Part shown: one piece after another, positions 39,143 through 48,624 of the stretch
How positions within the stretch are numbered: position 1 is the first letter of the stretch
Layout of the letters: every line of letters begins with the position of its first letter
NCBI GenBank assembly: GCA_965223905.1
Contig: CBDCXV010000011.1
Coordinates: forward strand, 1,312,001 to 1,376,000
DNA from: Candidatus Latescibacterota bacterium
GTDB lineage: Bacteria; Latescibacterota; UBA2968; UBA8231
Length of the DNA stretch: 64,000 bases
Direction: 5' to 3'
Position numbers and translations under genes: made by a program
Notes under the pieces: generated by a model
Seen by the model: the letters and a program-made list of their open reading frames with translations, nothing else
Databases searched by the model: none
What the model was told of the DNA's origin: nothing

Positions 39143-39487
39143 GTGAACAGGGAGCTCTTCAGCAAGAAACTGATCGTCCTGAGTCTCGCGCTGCAGGCCG
39201 CAGGAAACACCTCCCCTCGAGGCCTCTGATCCGATGGCGTGACCATGTGGGTGGGGGACTACTCGGACGACAAGCTGTACGCCTACAATATGCCGACCAA
39301 CGGCGCCCCAACGGACCCCAACATCCCCGGCGCGCCCTCCATCCAATCGGTGATGTCCGGCGCAGGTTCCCTCAGCGTGACTTGGAATGCACCCTCCAGC
39401 GATGGCGGCTTGGCCATCACTGCTTACGACCTGCGCTACGTGCCCAGCGACGCCCCTTCCAAGGCGGACGCCGACTGGACCGTCGTC
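39143..39487 (+). pseudogene. Collapsed pseudogene copy of gene 48625
   Basis: Same leader and start (NR.LFS.KLIVLSLA); in-frame deletion; TGG>TGA at 39227; half an FN3 domain (PGAPSIQSVMSGAGSL...KADADWTVV), then truncation. Confidence 0.85.
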
Positions 39488-39591
39488 CGCGTTTCCGCGT
39501 CCAAGAAACCGGATCGGACCAACCTTCACGCGAAGCGTCTCATTCCCATCGACACGTTCCGTAAACCCTTTTCATACATACGGAGGAAACC

Positions 39592-41427
39592 ATGAAACTG
39601 TCTTCGCTGTCCTCGATGGGTGTCGCTCTCGCTCTCTTCTTCTATTCCTGCGACAGCACCAGCGACAGTTCGCCCACCGGCCCCGACTATGAAGACCTGC
39701 GTGAGGTCGGCGAACAGGACCGGACTGCCGCCCGGGAAAAGGCCTCGGCTGCCAAGGAGGAAATGGAGCGGGTCTTGTCGGACATCTACGACGTCGGAGA
39801 AGTCGACCTCGACCGGATCGACTTCTCCGAAGCCGAGCGGCTGTATCAGGAAGCCATCGCCGCGGACCCGCGCAATACCGAAGCGCAATTCGGCGCCGCC
39901 CTCACCCACCTGCTTGTTCTCGCCGCCAACGAGGACGTGCGCGCCCTTCAGGATTCGATCAACGCCTACACGGGCGACGATGAGGGCAGCGGCAAACTGG
40001 CCATCGTTGCGATGGACTTGGCCGCTACGGCCGAAACCGCGGCAAAATCGCCGCTGCTGGTGGCCAAAATCACCCAGGAGGCCATCGAGGACCCACTCAA
40101 GGTCAGCGATATCCAGAGGACGATTGAAGAAGAGATCCTGCCCGCCATCGACTTCTCCCTTGAACGCCTCCGGATCGTCGAGGGCGATCCCGATTTCACC
40201 TTCGAACTCACTCCGGAGATGCAGGGCGACGAAGAGGAAGAGCCGCGCGAGATCGACTTGGGCGAAGTCTATATGATCGACGCCAGTTTGCGCCTTACCA
40301 AAGCCGTCTTCCTGGTAGCCACCGCCTACAATTTTGATTTCGACGACAACGGCAGCTATGCCTTTCTCGACGACGGCAGCAACGAGAACGTCCTGCGGCA
40401 CATGGAACGCCTGGACAAGACGGGCCCCTTCATGACCTTGAGATCGGCCGACGCCATGCCCGGTGCCAAAGCTTCGATATTGGCGGCCGTCGACAAAATG
40501 GAACAGGGTATGGCGGCCGTCCGGGCCGAGACTGATGATCAGGACGATGACCTCATCCTGGCCGATGATCTGGACGACCTGGACGAGGAGATCGACCTGT
40601 CGGACCAGGACGATCTGCCGGATTTCTTCCGCGACATCCGCACGACCGGCGACGCTCTGCGCAAAGCCCGCGAGATACTGGGAGGCACAGTCGAGATCGA
40701 AGCCGACTTCGACGGCGACGAGGACACCCCCGAACAAACCGTGGTCGTCGACGTCGGCCGGTTCTTCGACAATCCGATCCGGGACCTGCGCACCCTGCTG
40801 CCCTACCACACCTGGCACCTCGACCGGCTGCAGAACCGCAATTTCGCCGACGAACTGGTGCTGACCGACGCCGGCGGTGCGGCCCTGGAGGAATCGCCGT
40901 CGCTGGTCTTTCCCGATCCGTCTTTCGGCGGGGTGTTCAAAAGCATCGGCACCAACGAGGAATTGCTCGACCTCTTCGGCATTGAAGACGAGAACCACAA
41001 CGAGAAGGACCTGCTCTACGAAATCGGCCTGGTCTCCGCTCGCGACGGCGGAATTGTCGTAACCAACGAGGACACCCTGTCCATCGAGGTGATCTACTCC
41101 GGTTACACAGGGGACGAATGGATTGAAAACAGCGTGACCGTTCCTGCCGGCGCCCGGGAACTGGACGTGGTGCGCAGTGAGTTCGGCCGGCCGCTGGCGG
41201 GGGATTACGGCTACGAGTTACGGATTGTGAGAGATGGCGTTGTCATCTTCGACAACAGCAGCGACTACGCCTGGATATTCGGGAATATCTACTGCACTGT
41301 CAGCGCGGATCAGCTGACCATTGAGGAGGCGGATTACGACCGGCACTATGAAACGCCCTGGAACGTGTACCAGTCCCGCACCTACCGGACCGCGGATGCT
41401 GAATTCGTCGACAGCGGCAAGCTGTAA
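39592..41427 (+). CDS. Acidic lipoprotein of unknown function (helical/TPR-like N-part)
   Basis: RBS GGAGG; ALFFYSC lipobox; AERLYQEAIAADPRNTEAQFGAAL TPR-like segment; very D/E-rich. Confidence 0.8.
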   Translation: MKLSSLSSMGVALALFFYSCDSTSDSSPTGPDYEDLREVGEQDRTAAREKASAAKEEMERVLSDIYDVGEVDLDRIDFSEAERLYQEAIAADPRNTEAQFGAALTHLLVLAANEDVRALQDSINAYTGDDEGSGKLAIVAMDLAATAETAAKSPLLVAKITQEAIEDPLKVSDIQRTIEEEILPAIDFSLERLRIVEGDPDFTFELTPEMQGDEEEEPREIDLGEVYMIDASLRLTKAVFLVATAYNFDFDDNGSYAFLDDGSNENVLRHMERLDKTGPFMTLRSADAMPGAKASILAAVDKMEQGMAAVRAETDDQDDDLILADDLDDLDEEIDLSDQDDLPDFFRDIRTTGDALRKAREILGGTVEIEADFDGDEDTPEQTVVVDVGRFFDNPIRDLRTLLPYHTWHLDRLQNRNFADELVLTDAGGAALEESPSLVFPDPSFGGVFKSIGTNEELLDLFGIEDENHNEKDLLYEIGLVSARDGGIVVTNEDTLSIEVIYSGYTGDEWIENSVTVPAGARELDVVRSEFGRPLAGDYGYELRIVRDGVVIFDNSSDYAWIFGNIYCTVSADQLTIEEADYDRHYETPWNVYQSRTYRTADAEFVDSGKL

Positions 41428-41555
41428 TGGACGGAATTGGATGGGACGACGAGGGTAGGATTCAGCGGGCCAACCTCGACGGCTCGGATGTGGAATCCTT
41501 GCTCACGGACTTGGATTTCGCGCCCCGGGAACTGGCCGTGGACATGGATGGCAGC
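41416..41555 (+). pseudogene. YWTD-repeat remnant at and after the stop of gene 39592
   Basis: ggc aag ctg TAA tgg acg gaa = GKL*WTE (cf. GKLYWTD); after a frameshift, [19 protein letters not shown]...ELAVD. Confidence 0.75.
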
Positions 41556-41590
41556 CGAGCGGCTCCGGCCCCGTGAGTCGTGTGCTGCTC

Positions 41591-43006
41591 ATGGCAAATT
41601 ACACTTTCGCCTGCCCCTGTTACCGTTGTCTGTGGCCGCTGCCGATCCTGGCAATACTGTGCCACCCCGCACCAACCACCGCCGCTCCGCTGGACGCCTT
41701 GCGCACCCTGTGGACCACCCCTTCCGATTCATGGTCCGATCCAACCGACCTCGCCCGGGCGCGCGCCACACACACGGAACTCACCCTTGACCACCACCTG
41801 CTGATCCGCTCCCGAAGCCGCGAAAGCACCACCTGGGGCCTGTCCGGCCGCCAGGACCTGCCCCTGTTCCGGGGCACTCTGCGCCTGGAACTGGGGCGCG
41901 CGGGCACGGAGGCCCGCTTTACGTCAGATGCCGCCCGGCTCTCATCGAGACCAAATCGGCGCGGGTACCTCGACCTCAGCTATGGCCGGTCCGGGATCAA
42001 TCGCCTGGATCTGGGTTGGAAAACGCGCCTGCGTCCCTCCGCGCCCGGCGTCGAAGGCGCCGTCGGTCTCCGTCTTCAGCTCCCCGCCGGCTGGACCGCC
42101 GCCGCCTGTCTCAGTCGCTATGCCGTGGACCATCAGGTGAGCTTCCACTTCAAATCCGACCGCTTCGACGCCGATGTCCCCGGTAACCGCTGGGCGGTCG
42201 GACTCAATTTACAGGGCGAACTTTTAAAAAAGGTTGCGGTGTACTTGCATGGACATCGGGGGAACCTGCCGGGAAATCTTCATACGGAAAGTTATACCCT
42301 GGCCCCGCGCGCCGACTGGTGGAAGTACGCTGGCTCGATCACCATCCCCTTCGGTTTCCCTCTTTCCCTGCAAAGCCACCTGCGCTACCGGCACCTTTCC
42401 AGTCGGCCCGAAGGCCATCTGCAGGGCCGGGGCTTCATGCGCAGCCGCGCCACCGGGCAGGATCTCGCCGGCTTTGTCTCCCTGCGCTACGCCCCGCGAC
42501 GGGACCGGGAAATGGCGTGGGGTGTCTTCGCCAATCGCGGCGAGGTGGATGCAACCCGGGGCCGCCTGGAAAGCTGGCCCTTCCTCAACAGCTTCGCCTC
42601 CGTGGTGGGCGGCAAGGACTGGTCGTTCTGGGGCGATGCAGACCTGCGCCTCTACGGTGCCGACTTCGGCTTCCGCGGCCGCCATGCCCGCTGGCGCCTG
42701 GAAACGGCCGGCCGCCTCTTCCGCCTGCGCGTCGGCCTGTCCACCACTTCGCGCGAGCGCAGCAAGTTCAATATCGGGAGCCTGCTTTTTCCCGAAGAAC
42801 ATCGGTCCAGAGGCACTTTCCGAGCCGATGTACTAGATCTCGATGTCCGGGTCGAATACCGTTTCCCCACCTGGGGCCTGCGTTATGCTATTTCCCAGCT
42901 CGCCCCGCTGCGGGTGCATACCACTTTCCCTGCCGAATCGGCGGAGGACAGGCGCGGCGGCAGACAACAACAGCTCAGCCTGACCTATACCCCTGATCTG
43001 GAATAA
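41591..43006 (+). CDS. Hypothetical exported protein, probable outer-membrane beta-barrel
   Basis: Long ORF, signal-like N-terminus, alternating aromatic/Arg strands, ends QLSLTYTPDLE. Start uncertain. Confidence 0.6.
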   Translation: MANYTFACPCYRCLWPLPILAILCHPAPTTAAPLDALRTLWTTPSDSWSDPTDLARARATHTELTLDHHLLIRSRSRESTTWGLSGRQDLPLFRGTLRLELGRAGTEARFTSDAARLSSRPNRRGYLDLSYGRSGINRLDLGWKTRLRPSAPGVEGAVGLRLQLPAGWTAAACLSRYAVDHQVSFHFKSDRFDADVPGNRWAVGLNLQGELLKKVAVYLHGHRGNLPGNLHTESYTLAPRADWWKYAGSITIPFGFPLSLQSHLRYRHLSSRPEGHLQGRGFMRSRATGQDLAGFVSLRYAPRRDREMAWGVFANRGEVDATRGRLESWPFLNSFASVVGGKDWSFWGDADLRLYGADFGFRGRHARWRLETAGRLFRLRVGLSTTSRERSKFNIGSLLFPEEHRSRGTFRADVLDLDVRVEYRFPTWGLRYAISQLAPLRVHTTFPAESAEDRRGGRQQQLSLTYTPDLE

Positions 43007-43105
43007 TCACATGGTACAAACCGGGCTGATCGTTCCATTGGACGCCTTTGGAGATTGTTGCTTTTACCCCTGGAAATTCCAGACGCACAGGAGCGGATCT
43101 CTTCC

Positions 43106-46100
43106 ATGAAATCCATCTTCCTCCGGGGCGCCCTATTTGGGCTGTCTTGCTCCGTGTTCTGGCTTCCGCAAGCAGCCCATGGGTCGACTCCCCCAGCCGA
43201 CAGCGGTCATTTCTGCGCCTTCGACGAACACCAGCAGTGGCGGCGCGACCACCCCAGCCCCGCGGCCAAGCCGCTGGCGGACCTGAACGTGGGGGAACCG
43301 CGCACGGTGCGGATGATCTACTTCCTGCCCAACGACTGGCCGTACCGCGCCGACGTGGTCGATTCGATGAAGACGGTGATCAAGCAGAGTCAGACCTTCT
43401 ACCGCGAGCAGATGCAGGCCCACGGCTACGGCGACTGGACCTTCGGCATCGAGACCGATGCCCAGGGCGAGCCGCTGGTGCATCGCGTCGATGGGCAACA
43501 TCCCTTCAGCCACTACGACAACACCCTCGGTAACGCCGTGGTCGCCGAGCTCGAACAGACGTTCGATCTCGATGCGAACATCTACTTCATCGTCCTCGGC
43601 ACCGATGCACTTCGTCAGGGCAATGGTCAACCTGCCGGAGGCGTCGGGAGGCGGCGCACGAAGAACGGCGGTACCCTGGTGGTGCCGGACAGATTCGGTT
43701 TCTTCACGGTGACCCATGAGCTGGGACATACCTTCGGACTGTACCACGATTTCAGGGACAACCGGTACATCATGTCGTATGGCGGTCAACGCGGGGTCCT
43801 GTCTGCGTGTGCTGCCGAATTCCTGGCGGTGCATGCCTACTTCAATCCCGCTGTCCCGATTTCAGAGGGGCAGCCGCCAACCGTCGAGATAACTTCGCCC
43901 ACGAGATATCAGCCGGGCACGAGAAGCGTCACGGTTCAGCTCCAGGTCAGAGATTCGGAGGGACTTCACCAAGTGAGCCTGATCGGCAACGCGAAGCCGT
44001 GTCGTGGATTGGCGGGTGAAGGAGATGCCGTGGTCGAGTTCGACTATGATGGCAGTTTTTGGGAACGCGGGTTCTCGACCCTTTCCGACCGTTCCAAGCA
44101 TCACTTGCTCATTGTCGCCGTCGATGGCAAAGGGAATGTGAGCGAGACGAATTCGTTCCTTACGGAAATTTCGCCCTACGAGGTTGCCACTCTGAAGGGA
44201 GACGCGGATCACATCGAGTCGGTGGCGTTTTCGCCGGTCGAAAACATCCTTGCCGCCGGGCCGTGGGGTGGTGGTTCGTTCATACTGTGGGACGTGAGAA
44301 CCCGAGAAAGGATCGGGACCCTGGAAGGGGCGGGGGGTAATGCGATTGCGTTTTCACCCGATGGGGCCCAGCTCGCAACAGAGGCCGGGTCTGCGATCCA
44401 GCTTTGGGACGTAGCAAGCCGAAAAGAGACCGCTACCCTGATAGGACGTTCGCATTGGGTCCGGTCCCTGGCGTTTTCGCCCGACGGCGGTCTACTGGCC
44501 TCCGGGTCGTCCGATAGCACGGTCAAGCTGTGGAACGTGGAGAGCCGAAAAGAGATCGCTACCCTGAGAGGACATACGAGCCAGATCAATTCGGTGGCCT
44601 TTTCCCCCGATGGGACCCTGCTCGCCTCCGGGTCCGGCGATGATTGGAAGAATGAAGTTGCCACGGTGAGGCTGTGGGACGTGGAGAGCCGAGTGGAAAT
44701 AGCCACTGTTGGGCGTACGCTGGGGGCGGTATTGGAGGTGGCGTTTTCACCCGATGGGAAAAACCTGGCCTGGGCAGCGTGGCCAGATTTCCAGATAACG
44801 CTGTGGAACGTCGAGAGCCGGGAACCAATTACGACCTTTGAGGGATTTCGTCTGGCGTTTTCGCCCGATGGCGCCATCCTGGCTTGCTCCTCAGGGGGCA
44901 CGATCACATTGTGGGAGGTGGCGGGAAAACAGATCGTCACTCTACCGAGTGCACATCGGAGTACGGATCTGTCGTTTTCGCCCGACGCCTCCATACTCGC
45001 TTCCGGGTCGTGGCCGCACGGCACGGTCACCCTGTGGGATGTGTCCGAATGGACGGGACCCCGTCCTCACGCGCTGGAGATCGTCTCCGGCGACGGCCAG
45101 CAGGGTGCCCCCGGGGCGGTTCTACCCCATCCCTTGGTCGTGGAAGTGCGGGACCAGTACGGCGATCCCCTGCCCGATGCGGCCGTCACCTTCACGGTCA
45201 CCGCCGGCGAAGGCAAGCTGAGCGGCCGCTATTCAGTGGAGCATGCCACGACCGATGCCGAGGGCCGGGCAGCGCTGACCCTTACCCTGGGACCCAACCA
45301 GGGTCAGAACATCGTGGGTGTGTCTCTTGGTGGCCGCGAGCTGGCAACGTTTTCTGCCGAGGGGGTGGGCACCGCCGTGGCCGAACTGGAGGGAGACTAC
45401 TCGACCTGGCATCTGCCTGACGGTGCAACCGCGCGCCTGGGCAAGGGGGCCATGGGAGAAGACGACCGGGCGGTGGCCCTTTCGCCGGACGGCCGCTGTC
45501 TGGCGGTGGCCAGCGCCATCGGGGTGTGGCTGTACGAGACGGCCAGGTCCCGTGCCATGGCGCTGCTGCCGAGTTCGAGGCAGGTCCATTCGGTGTCGTT
45601 CTCCCTCGACGGCACCCTGGCGGCGGGACTGGACAACGGCCGGGTCGATCTGTGGGAAGTGGAGACGGGGGAGCGGATCGGCACGCTGAGGCATGCGGAG
45701 TGGGGCCGGGTCACGGTGGTCTATTCGCTGGATGGGACGGCCCTTGCTTCCGGGAGGTGGGACCAAGTCATCAAGCTGTGGGATGTCGAGACCAGGGACC
45801 TTGTCGGTACCTGGGAGGTGCCGCGGGAAACCGAGAATTACTGGGCTATCTCGGTGGACTTTTCGCCGGATGGGACGCGACTGTTGTCGGGGTTCCAGGA
45901 CGGCACGGTCCGGCTGTGGGACGTGGCGAAACAGACGGAGGCCGCCACGCTGGAAGGGCACAGGGATCGGGTCACTGCGGTGTCGTTCTCGCCCGACGGC
46001 ACCTTGCTGGCTTCGGCCGGGGGGTGGGATGATCGCACGATCCGGCTGTGGGACGCGGCCACACAAACAGAAGTCGCCACCCTGAGAGGACACACCGGCG

Positions 46101-48580
46101 AGGTGCGCTCCGTGTCGTTTTCTTCGCCTGAGGGCGCCACCCTTGCTTCGGGGTCGTCGGACCGCTCGGTCCGACTGTGGGACGTGGCCACACACGAACA
46201 GGTGGCCATCTTCGAGGAACACGGGGACGGAATTCGTTCGGTGACGTTCTCGCGCGATGGGGTCACCCTCGTCTCGAGCGCCGCGGACGGCACGGTACTT
46301 CTGCGGGACCTGGAGACGGGCAATGCCGCTGGCCTCTCCGGTCATGCGTCCTTGTCCTCGATGGCGCTGTCGCCCGACGGCGCCATTCTGGCTGCCGGGT
46401 ATCAGGACGGCACGGTCCGGCTGTGGGACGCGGCGACACGAGCCCGGATGGCCACTCTCGAAGGGCATACTTCCGGGGTCGCTTCCGTGTCGTTTTCCAC
46501 CGACGGCGCCCTCCTGGCTTCCGGATCGTGGGATCACACGGTCAAGCTGTGGGAGGTAGGGTCTCGAGAACTGGTCGGTACCCTCAAAGGGCATATGGGT
46601 GGGGTCCGTTCGGTGTCGTTTTCGCCCGACGGCACTCTCCTGGCGTCGGCTGGGGGGTGGGGTGATGCCACCGTCAGACTCTGGGACGTGGGGGCTCGCG
46701 AGCTGCTCGGCACCCTCGAAGGGCATACGAATGAGGTCCTTTCGGTGGCGTTTTCTCCACCCGGCGGCGCCTTCCTGGCTTCGGCCGGCGGTTATGAAGA
46801 CAAGACGGTCAAGCTATGGGATGTGGCGAATCAGCAGCTCATCGCCACCCTTGAAGGGCATGAGAACGGGGTCTATACAGTGGCCTTCTCCCCCGATGGG
46901 AACATCCTGGCTTCCGTCTCGAGGGATGGCACCAGACTATGGTCTGTAACGACCCGGGAACCGATCGCCAACCTGGAAGGCGCGCGGGGCCGATCGGCGG
47001 CCTTCTCACCCGACGGCAAGAGCCTCGTCTCAGGATCATGGGGCACGGTCTCGCTGTGGGACGTGACGACGAAGAGAAGAACTGCCAACCTGCAAGGGCA
47101 TACTAGTACGGTCCACTCGGTGGCGTTCACCCGCGACGGCGCCACCCTGGCCTCCGGGGCACAGGATGGCACGATGCTGCTGTGGGATATACAGCTCCTG
47201 CAGCCGCGGCCCCATACCCTGACCAAGGTCTCCGGCGTCGAGCAGCAAGTGCCGGCCGGCTCTCAACTGTCCGCGCCGTTCGTGGTTACCGTACTCGATC
47301 AGGACGGCAATCCGCTCGAAGGGGCCACCGTCACCTTCGTGGTCTCTACCGGCGGAGGGACGCTGACCGCAGAGACCGCAACCACCGATGCAAACGGCCG
47401 CGCCGCCACCACCCTGACCCTGGGCCTCGATCCCGGACCGAACACCGTGACGGCGACCGTGGCCGGCCTGGACCCGGTGACCTTTTCCGCGGCCGGGTTG
47501 GCGATTCCCCAGACCCTTACGAAGCTCTCCGGCCACGATCAGCAGGGAGCGGCCGGCGCCGCCTTGGCCGGACCGTTTGTCGTCGAGGTCAGAAATCAGA
47601 AGGGCCAGCCGCTCGAGGGTGCCCAGGTCACCTTCGCGGTCACTGCCGGCGGGGGGAGGCTGTCTGTAACTACCGCCACCACCGATGCTGCCGGCCGCGC
47701 CGCCGCCACCCTGACCCTGGGCCGCGATCCCGGGAGAAATACCGTAGTCGCAAGGGTCGCCGAGCTGAAGCCGGTGATCTTCAGCGCCACCGGACTGGCG
47801 ATTCCCACCACCCTTGAAGGGATCTCCGGCGGCGAGCAGCAGGGAGTGGCAGGAACCGCGCTGCCCGAGCCATTCGTGGTCGAAGTGAGAGATCAGAACG
47901 GCAATCCGCTCGAAGGGGCCGAGGTCACCTTCGGGGTCACCGGCGGCGGGGGGACGCTGTCTGCAACTACCGCCGCCACCGATGGAAACGGCTATGCCGC
48001 CACCACCCTGACCCTGGGCCGCGAACCGGAGACCGTCACCGTGGTGGCGACCGTGGCCGGACTCGACCCGGTCACCTTCACCGCCACCGCGGAAGCCACC
48101 GCCGACTTCGACGGCGACGGCGAGACCGGCTTCTCCGACTTCTTCCTGTTCGCCGACGCCTTCGGCGGCAGCGACCCCCGCTTCGACCTCGACGGCAGTG
48201 GCAGCGTCGATTTCGGAGACTTCTTCCTCCTGGCGGACCACTTCGCCGATCCGGCGCGCGGCAAGCTGCTGGCCCTTGCCCGGGAGATGATCGGCCTGCC
48301 CGACGGGCCGCAGCTGCAGCAGAACGCCCCCAACCCCTTCAACAGCGGGACCGTCATCACCTGGTTCCAGTTGGAGCCGGGTGCGGCGCGAGTGGAGGTG
48401 TTCGCTCTGACCGGCCAGCGAGTGGCGGTGCTGCAACAAGGGCCGGAGAAGGCGGGAGTCCACCGCGTGCACTGGGACGGGCGCGACGGTCAGGGCCGGC
48501 CGCTTGCCAGCGGTGTCTACCTGTACCGGCTGGTCACCGACGAAAGCATCCAGACGCGGAAGCTGACCCTGCTGCGATAA
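43106..48580 (+). CDS. Secreted metzincin + WD40 + Big_1 + long WD40 + 3x Big_1 + dockerin-like/FlgD-like tail
   Basis: HELGHTFGLYH/IMSY; many WD40s; SG..QQG..G..L..P.VVEVRDQ.G.PL.GA.VTF.V..GGG invasin-type Ig repeats; shared tail. Confidence 0.9.
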   Translation: MKSIFLRGALFGLSCSVFWLPQAAHGSTPPADSGHFCAFDEHQQWRRDHPSPAAKPLADLNVGEPRTVRMIYFLPNDWPYRADVVDSMKTVIKQSQTFYREQMQAHGYGDWTFGIETDAQGEPLVHRVDGQHPFSHYDNTLGNAVVAELEQTFDLDANIYFIVLGTDALRQGNGQPAGGVGRRRTKNGGTLVVPDRFGFFTVTHELGHTFGLYHDFRDNRYIMSYGGQRGVLSACAAEFLAVHAYFNPAVPISEGQPPTVEITSPTRYQPGTRSVTVQLQVRDSEGLHQVSLIGNAKPCRGLAGEGDAVVEFDYDGSFWERGFSTLSDRSKHHLLIVAVDGKGNVSETNSFLTEISPYEVATLKGDADHIESVAFSPVENILAAGPWGGGSFILWDVRTRERIGTLEGAGGNAIAFSPDGAQLATEAGSAIQLWDVASRKETATLIGRSHWVRSLAFSPDGGLLASGSSDSTVKLWNVESRKEIATLRGHTSQINSVAFSPDGTLLASGSGDDWKNEVATVRLWDVESRVEIATVGRTLGAVLEVAFSPDGKNLAWAAWPDFQITLWNVESREPITTFEGFRLAFSPDGAILACSSGGTITLWEVAGKQIVTLPSAHRSTDLSFSPDASILASGSWPHGTVTLWDVSEWTGPRPHALEIVSGDGQQGAPGAVLPHPLVVEVRDQYGDPLPDAAVTFTVTAGEGKLSGRYSVEHATTDAEGRAALTLTLGPNQGQNIVGVSLGGRELATFSAEGVGTAVAELEGDYSTWHLPDGATARLGKGAMGEDDRAVALSPDGRCLAVASAIGVWLYETARSRAMALLPSSRQVHSVSFSLDGTLAAGLDNGRVDLWEVETGERIGTLRHAEWGRVTVVYSLDGTALASGRWDQVIKLWDVETRDLVGTWEVPRETENYWAISVDFSPDGTRLLSGFQDGTVRLWDVAKQTEAATLEGHRDRVTAVSFSPDGTLLASAGGWDDRTIRLWDAATQTEVATLRGHTGEVRSVSFSSPEGATLASGSSDRSVRLWDVATHEQVAIFEEHGDGIRSVTFSRDGVTLVSSAADGTVLLRDLETGNAAGLSGHASLSSMALSPDGAILAAGYQDGTVRLWDAATRARMATLEGHTSGVASVSFSTDGALLASGSWDHTVKLWEVGSRELVGTLKGHMGGVRSVSFSPDGTLLASAGGWGDATVRLWDVGARELLGTLEGHTNEVLSVAFSPPGGAFLASAGGYEDKTVKLWDVANQQLIATLEGHENGVYTVAFSPDGNILASVSRDGTRLWSVTTREPIANLEGARGRSAAFSPDGKSLVSGSWGTVSLWDVTTKRRTANLQGHTSTVHSVAFTRDGATLASGAQDGTMLLWDIQLLQPRPHTLTKVSGVEQQVPAGSQLSAPFVVTVLDQDGNPLEGATVTFVVSTGGGTLTAETATTDANGRAATTLTLGLDPGPNTVTATVAGLDPVTFSAAGLAIPQTLTKLSGHDQQGAAGAALAGPFVVEVRNQKGQPLEGAQVTFAVTAGGGRLSVTTATTDAAGRAAATLTLGRDPGRNTVVARVAELKPVIFSATGLAIPTTLEGISGGEQQGVAGTALPEPFVVEVRDQNGNPLEGAEVTFGVTGGGGTLSATTAATDGNGYAATTLTLGREPETVTVVATVAGLDPVTFTATAEATADFDGDGETGFSDFFLFADAFGGSDPRFDLDGSGSVDFGDFFLLADHFADPARGKLLALAREMIGLPDGPQLQQNAPNPFNSGTVITWFQLEPGAARVEVFALTGQRVAVLQQGPEKAGVHRVHWDGRDGQGRPLASGVYLYRLVTDESIQTRKLTLLR

Positions 48581-48624
48581 GGGATGCCCCCGCATTCGGC
48601 CGTCCACAATACACGAGGGTCCCC

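Noticed and set aside
39227-39229. In-frame TGA as selenocysteine or recoded Trp
   Set aside because: Lies in a copy that is also deleted and truncated; TGA is used as a normal stop elsewhere in the window.
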